Assembly: GCA_040752075.1 (NCBI GenBank)
Contig: JBFMFQ010000002.1
Span: 1-56,871 of the forward strand
From: Candidatus Zixiibacteriota bacterium
GTDB lineage: Bacteria; Zixibacteria; MSB-5A5; WJJR01
Direction: 5' to 3'
Length of the DNA: 56,871 bases
Below are positions 52,245 to 56,871 of the stretch, in pieces; position 1 is the first letter of the stretch; the number at the start of each line of letters is the position of its first letter. The notes beneath the pieces were generated by a model, which saw only the letters and a list, made by a program, of their open reading frames with translations, was not told where the DNA came from and did not search any database. Both the position numbers and the translations under genes were made by a program.

Positions 52245-53330
52245 TTACTCCTCACGCGCCGGCCGCCCCGAACGGGCGTCTGGGCCGGGCACATTACTCC
52301 GCAAAATGATAGCCAAGGTCACCCCGAGCAACAACACAAAAAACGCGAGCCCCAAGGTCAGCCACCGCCGGTTGAAATAACGATATCCGACACAAAACAG
52401 ACCGAAGACGGCGCTTGTAATCGAGTATGCGGCAACGACTTGGTTCTCACTCCATCCTCTTTTCAGCAAGAGATGGTGGACATGCCCCAAGTCGCCCTGG
52501 AATGGGTGGATGCCGGCCACTGACCGGCGGAAAACTGACAGGGCTGACTCGGCCAGAGGGAGCATCAAAGCCAGAAGAGGCAGGAAATAGGCCAGCGCCG
52601 TGAGCCGCTTGATTGGTGCGAGCAAGGCCACCACCGCGAAGAAGTGCCCGAGGGTAAGCGACCCAGAGTCTCCCAGAAAGATGGAGGCGGGACTGCCATT
52701 ATAGCGCCAAAAGCCGATGAGGGCGCCGAGGAGGGCGCCGGACGCGGCCAGAATCGGCGAGAGGTGCAGGGTCCAGGAAAGCCAGATGAGGGTAACCGCC
52801 GCCACCCCGGTCGTGGCGGTCGCCAGACCATCGACGCCATCGATCATGTTGACCGCGTTCACAAGAATCAGAAACCAGAAGGCCGATACCGGCAGGGCCA
52901 GCCAGCCCAACTCAACAGCACCCCAGAATGGGATCCAAAGCTGGGTGAATCCGATACCGCCGAACCAAAGCGGCATTCCGGCAACTACCTGCGCTCCGAG
53001 TTTGATGAATCCGCTCAGGGGACGAATGTCATCCCAGATCCCCACGCCGAGTATGAGCAGAGCGCTTAGGAAGATAGGAGCGGTGTGCCCATCGAACTCC
53101 TGCATGCTGGCGGGGAACACGAGCGCGGTTATCGCCAGCGCCCCCCAGAGGCCGGCAAACACGGCGACACCGCCGAGACGGGGCGTCGGGCGTGCATGAA
53201 CCTTCCTGGGACCTGGCTTGTCAAGCCAGCCGGCGACGTGGCAGATGCGCGAAATCGGCGGGACGAGCAGGGTGACAATCACCCACGCGGTGACGATGGC
53301 GGTGACCACTGGGAGAAGCATTGCCATCAC
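52245..53330 (-). CDS. Polyprenyl-phosphate N-acetylhexosamine-1-phosphate transferase (WecA/MraY family, GT4 of PNPT superfamily)
   Basis: About 10 TM. DKPGPRKVHARPTPRLGG and NAVNMIDGVDGLA motifs. Confidence 0.85.
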   Translation of the reverse strand: MMAMLLPVVTAIVTAWVIVTLLVPPISRICHVAGWLDKPGPRKVHARPTPRLGGVAVFAGLWGALAITALVFPASMQEFDGHTAPIFLSALLILGVGIWDDIRPLSGFIKLGAQVVAGMPLWFGGIGFTQLWIPFWGAVELGWLALPVSAFWFLILVNAVNMIDGVDGLATATTGVAAVTLIWLSWTLHLSPILAASGALLGALIGFWRYNGSPASIFLGDSGSLTLGHFFAVVALLAPIKRLTALAYFLPLLALMLPLAESALSVFRRSVAGIHPFQGDLGHVHHLLLKRGWSENQVVAAYSITSAVFGLFCVGYRYFNRRWLTLGLAFFVLLLGVTLAIILRSNVPGPDARSGRPAREE

Positions 53331-54178
53331 TGCTCGCTGTCCGTGTCACGACCACCGGCCACCAGTCCGGACACCCAGAGCGCCAGCCCCAGGAACGCAT
53401 TCCGTATCCGCTTCTCCGGGTGATGCTTCTGAAAGTACTTCCGGATGCCTTCGCGGTGGTACCGGCGGAGCACCTCGCTTCGCTTCTTGAAACCTCCCCA
53501 CTTGTGCCTGATGACGATGCCGGGGTCGATCCAGGCCTCCCACCCGGCATCCCGCAAGCGCTTGGAGAGATCCGTGTCCTCGACGTACATGAAGAATCGC
53601 TCGTCCAGCATACCGACTTCGACGAATGCATCACGCCTTAATAGGAGAAAGGTTCCCGAAATGGCCTCCACTCTGGCGGCATGATCGGGGTCGGGCAGTG
53701 TGTACGTCCATGGTCCCCACTTTCCCGGCCAGCGCTCCCCCCACGGTGTACCGCGCGAGAACCAGATGTTGGAATGTGTCGGAAAGCGGCGGGTGCTTGG
53801 CTGCGGGCGTCCATTGGGAAATGCGAGGCGCGGTGTCACGGCAGCCCCGCGAGGGTGCATGTCGAGGAATCCAATCAGCCGGTCGATTGTGCCTTCCTGC
53901 CAGGTCACGTCCGGATTCGCCAAAAGTAGGTAACGGCCGCCAGCGCAACGCGCCGCCTGGTTGACGCCAGCAGCAAATCCATTGTTCGTTGCGTTCACTG
54001 CTATCCGAGCTTCGGGGAATCGGCGCTTCACCACCTCAGCGCTGCCATCGCCGGATGCATTGTCGGTGACGACGAGTTCCCATGAACACTTGGGCGGAAA
54101 TTGCTCCAGGCAGGTCAGAAACCCCTCGATCACCTCTGATGAGTTGTACGTGACAACGATGATGGATAAGTCGATCAC
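53327..54178 (-). CDS. Glycosyltransferase family 2
   Basis: DLSIIVVTYNSSEVIEGFL...VVTDNASGDGS...NNGFAAGVNQ and a DxD-like ED motif (FMYVEDTDL). 4-nt overlap with the downstream WecA-like gene. Confidence 0.85.
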   Translation of the reverse strand: MIDLSIIVVTYNSSEVIEGFLTCLEQFPPKCSWELVVTDNASGDGSAEVVKRRFPEARIAVNATNNGFAAGVNQAARCAGGRYLLLANPDVTWQEGTIDRLIGFLDMHPRGAAVTPRLAFPNGRPQPSTRRFPTHSNIWFSRGTPWGERWPGKWGPWTYTLPDPDHAARVEAISGTFLLLRRDAFVEVGMLDERFFMYVEDTDLSKRLRDAGWEAWIDPGIVIRHKWGGFKKRSEVLRRYHREGIRKYFQKHHPEKRIRNAFLGLALWVSGLVAGGRDTDSEQ

Positions 54179-54228
54179 GCCCGAGAGCGGCTAACCCGGG
54201 AGCAGCCGCGGCCCCATACCCTGCGCGC

Positions 54229-54942
54229 TCACAAGCGTCCGGTCCAGGATAGCAGACGCAATTTCGGCACCATCCAGATCGCTTCGCGCACAATCTTCTT
54301 GGACATTTTGGAGTGCCCTTGCTCACGATCGGTGAACACAATCGGGATTTCCTTGATCGTAAACCCCTTCTTCCAGGCGCGGAAGGACATCTCGATTTGG
54401 AAGGCGTAACCGTTGGAGGCCACGGCGTCCAAGTCGATCGCTTCGAGCACTTCCCGCCGGAAGCACTTGAAACCGCCGGTGGAATCGCGCACCGGAAGCC
54501 CGGTGACCACGCGCGCGTACATGTTGGCATAGTATGAAAGTAAGAGGCGGCTCATCGGCCAGTTGATGACATTGACACCGGAGATATAGCGCGAGCCGAG
54601 CACGATGTCGTACTCCATGCTCTCCTTCAGGAAAACCGGCAGGTACTCCGGCTTGTGCGAGAAGTCGGCATCCATCTCGAAGATCCGGTCGTAGTGGCGC
54701 TCCAGCGCCCAGCGGAACCCGGCGAGATAGGCCTTCCCGAGTCCCTGCTTCGCGGTCCGGTGGAGCACGTGGACACGGGGATTGTCCCGGGCTATCTCAT
54801 CCGCCATCCGGCCCGTGCCATCCGGTGAGTTGTCATCCACGACGAGGATCGACAGGCGCTCGTCCTGCGCCAAGACCTCCGGGATGATGCTCGGCAGGTT
54901 CTCTTTTTCGTTGTACGTGGGGATGACAACCAGGGGATGCAT
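54229..54942 (-). CDS. Polyprenol/dolichol-phosphate mannosyltransferase (DPM1-like GT2)
   Basis: MHPLVVIPTYNEKENLPSIIPEVL...LSILVVDDNSPDGTG...KQGLGKAYLAGF...IFEMDADFSH. ATG 54942 was chosen. The ORF track start 54981 is a TTG. Confidence 0.85.
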   Translation of the reverse strand: MHPLVVIPTYNEKENLPSIIPEVLAQDERLSILVVDDNSPDGTGRMADEIARDNPRVHVLHRTAKQGLGKAYLAGFRWALERHYDRIFEMDADFSHKPEYLPVFLKESMEYDIVLGSRYISGVNVINWPMSRLLLSYYANMYARVVTGLPVRDSTGGFKCFRREVLEAIDLDAVASNGYAFQIEMSFRAWKKGFTIKEIPIVFTDREQGHSKMSKKIVREAIWMVPKLRLLSWTGRL

Positions 54943-55012
54943 GTCAGGTCCGCGAGTGAGCGGCTCGGCGCCGTTTGTCAACCATACCCCGCCGCCAAGG
55001 TGGGATCAAGCC

Positions 55013-56212
55013 CTATCCAACCGGCGAACCGAAGTACCATTCCCGGAACCGCGCAACGATCGCCCGGGAGGAAAACCGGTCGCGGGCGGATCTTTGCCCC
55101 TCCTGCGCGAGCCGCAGGCGGAGCGCCTGATCCGACAGGACACGACCGAGAACATCAGCCAGACTTTGCGGGTCATCGGGGCCGGCAAGAAGCCCGGTCT
55201 TTTCGTGCTCGATGATGTCCGTCAACCCTCCGGACCGCGCCCCGATCACCGCCGTGCCGCACAACTGGGCTTCGAGAAGCGTCATCCCGAATCCTTCGTC
55301 GACAGCCGGCAGGACGGTGACCGTGCTCTCACGGTATGCCTCCGCCAGTTCTGATTGGGGTCTGGGATCATCAAACACCACGACATTGGTCAGTTCCAAC
55401 GATCTGGCACGTTCCTCACAGTCGCGCCGCAGCGGACCGTCCCCGATGAATCGCGCTTTGAATTCGATTTTCTGCTGTCGCAGAAGACTCAGGGCATCTA
55501 GGAGCACCGAGTTGCGCTTCTGGCCGGTGAACCGGGTCACGCAGAGAACCGTCGGTACAGGGTCATCCCGTCGTGGTTCAACCGACGGAACAAACACCGC
55601 ATCGTCCGGGGGCATCGGGGTGACATGGAGTCTGCCGGTCACCGAGGGCACCAGCCGGGCCAGCGTCTCGGCCAGCCAGGTGGAAACGACGGTCACAACC
55701 TCAGCCCGCTGGAAGACCCGTGCCGCCAGCGGACGGAGGTAGGACTTCTGCTGTAACATCCTCAAGTCGGTGCCGTGCAGGGTGACTATCACCCGGCCCG
55801 AAAACGGCAGCCCTCGTGCAATCCAACCCCCGGGCACCCACCAATGTGCATGGATGACGTCGGGCGGGTCGCTCCTGACCAGTTCGAGCGCCGCTCGTCG
55901 AAAAGAACTGAAGAACCGCTGATGCGCGAGAATGCCACGGGGACCAATCAAGCTGACTTTGCCGAGGTCTCCGCGATAGGCCAGTGTCTCACGGTGGTCG
56001 GGGCCATAGCGAAACCTCACAACCCGCACCCGCTCCACGGTCTCCTTCAAAGCGGCGCCCGGATGGTGCGGGGCGAGCACAGTGACTTGATCACCCTCTG
56101 AAATCAGTTGTCCCGCGAGGCGTGCGAGAAATCGCCCGGCGAAGTCTTCGCCATGACGCGGGTAGTTGTGGGTTATGAAGAGGATTCGACCGCAACGGGA
56201 GGCATTGCCCAC
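55013..56212 (-). CDS. Glycosyltransferase, GT-B fold (GT4 family / Glycos_transf_1)
   Basis: ILFITHNYPRHGEDFAGRF... at the N-terminus and C-terminal VLPAVDEGFGMTLLEAQLCGTAVIGARSGGLTDIIEHEKTGLL (EX7E region). Confidence 0.85.
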   Translation of the reverse strand: MGNASRCGRILFITHNYPRHGEDFAGRFLARLAGQLISEGDQVTVLAPHHPGAALKETVERVRVVRFRYGPDHRETLAYRGDLGKVSLIGPRGILAHQRFFSSFRRAALELVRSDPPDVIHAHWWVPGGWIARGLPFSGRVIVTLHGTDLRMLQQKSYLRPLAARVFQRAEVVTVVSTWLAETLARLVPSVTGRLHVTPMPPDDAVFVPSVEPRRDDPVPTVLCVTRFTGQKRNSVLLDALSLLRQQKIEFKARFIGDGPLRRDCEERARSLELTNVVVFDDPRPQSELAEAYRESTVTVLPAVDEGFGMTLLEAQLCGTAVIGARSGGLTDIIEHEKTGLLAGPDDPQSLADVLGRVLSDQALRLRLAQEGQRSARDRFSSRAIVARFREWYFGSPVG

Positions 56213-56220
56213 GGCGCACC

Positions 56221-56871
56221 TCAGCGCCGATTGCGGCGTCCAAAGGGAGCGCCCGGGCGCTCGGTGGCTGGGGACGGCTCAGGTGATACGGGCCCGTCCT
56301 CCGGGACTTGACCGCGGACTCCCGCCTCATCCGGGCCCTTCGCCGGGCGCCCCTCATCCGGCGCGGGGACATCGGCGCTCACCGGCCGGTCAAAGAGGTC
56401 GCTGCCGATCAGCTCGCTTCTGTCCTCGCGGGGAGCGGTGTTGGCCAGATTGGGGGATTCGATCGACACCGGCCCGGATGAAATTCGCGCCTGCGGCTCG
56501 CCATCGGCCGGACGCGTGGACTCTCGCGGCCGATCCTCTCGCGGAGACGGCGCCGAGGGCGGCTGATTTCGCGGCCCTTCGGGTCGGGGACGGCGATCCT
56601 CACGTCGGCGATCATTCGGCCCGTGGCGTCGGTCGCCCCTTGGACCTCTTCCCCGGCCGGGGTCGGCAACGGGTGCCGGTTTCTGCTCGGAACGAAGCGT
56701 TTCTGTCGCGGGCTGTTGCGGCTGGGACGCAGGCGCGTCCGCCCGCCCGGCCGATGGGTGGTACAGTTGGAACTTCGGCCCTCCCCGGAGCGACTCGATG
56801 CGCTGCCTGACTCCGGCAATGGACTCCGCCAGAAACCCGAGTGTGAAGAAGATGACGCTTGAGATCCCCAG
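56221..56871 (-). CDS. 3' part of a gene running off the window: terminal TM helix plus a ~190-aa Pro/Arg/Glu/Asp-rich tail
   Basis: By my own translation this minus-strand frame is open from 56871 to TGA at 56221-56223: LGISSVIFFTLGFLAESIAGVRQRIESLRGGPKFQLYHP... then a low-complexity tail ending ...GAPFGRRNRR. The ORF track only shows the last 82 aa, from an internal GTG. The stop lies 8 nt before the GT4 start. The TM-plus-amphipathic segment resembles the C-terminus of membrane-anchored GT2 enzymes. Confidence 0.45.
   Translation of the reverse strand: MGISSVIFFTLGFLAESIAGVRQRIESLRGGPKFQLYHPSAGRADAPASQPQQPATETLRSEQKPAPVADPGRGRGPRGDRRHGPNDRRREDRRPRPEGPRNQPPSAPSPREDRPRESTRPADGEPQARISSGPVSIESPNLANTAPREDRSELIGSDLFDRPVSADVPAPDEGRPAKGPDEAGVRGQVPEDGPVSPEPSPATERPGAPFGRRNRR

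Noticed and set aside
1-56871. tRNA, rRNA, tmRNA or riboswitch genes in the intergenic gaps
   Set aside because: I read all gaps longer than 40 nt by eye. I found no cloverleaf-compatible sequence (no GTTCGAATC-type T-arm) and no recognisable riboswitch core. A proper tRNAscan/Infernal run is still advisable.

Overview
High-GC bacterial chromosomal segment, hand-sampled at about 60-68% GC in most genes. It is almost fully coding, with about 50 CDS. I found no rRNA, tRNA, CRISPR array, transposase or prophage genes.

Content, left to right:
- etfA, preceded by a hairpin-rich non-coding leader.
- Two giant secreted FG-GAP beta-propeller proteins with dockerin-like C-termini and visibly lower GC. 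One also carries two cohesin-like modules.
- A Hanks-type kinase with TPR repeats.
- A 904-aa secreted protein with a T9SS/FlgD-Ig type C-terminal sorting domain.
- TonB, an FAD oxidoreductase, a clear PNGase F homologue and a GT-C membrane glycosyltransferase.
- An operon of an SPFH (COG4260) protein with three zinc ribbons, an internally duplicated zinc-ribbon protein and Ppx/GppA.
- A long co-directional block: BNR/Asp-box propeller protein with T9SS-type CTD, then two PorV/PorQ-like outer-membrane barrels, then four translationally coupled uncharacterised membrane proteins (pattern A-B-A'-B'), then a 58-aa zinc-ribbon gene absent from the ORF track, then a D,D-carboxypeptidase. The four-gene membrane module is my best candidate for an undescribed system.
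- Housekeeping blocks: tatA, purS-purQ, pssA-psd, purB, tal, truA-ecfT, xerD-comF-rodA, mrdA-mreD-mreC, a ptsN-like gene, a hidden Trm112-like gene and accA.
- A glycosylation cluster: WecA-like, GT2, polyprenol-P-mannose synthase, GT4 and a 5'-truncated gene.

Non-coding highlights:
- A 265-bp nested palindrome with perfect 32-bp termini.
- A triple GGGATGAC-core direct repeat.
- Sigma70-like promoters, including two with leaderless geometry.

T9SS-type CTDs, PorV-like barrels and dockerin/FG-GAP giants together suggest an uncultivated FCB-superphylum-like lineage. That assignment is inference only. All start codons were refined by eye from SD motifs, signal peptides and homology to typical N-termini.
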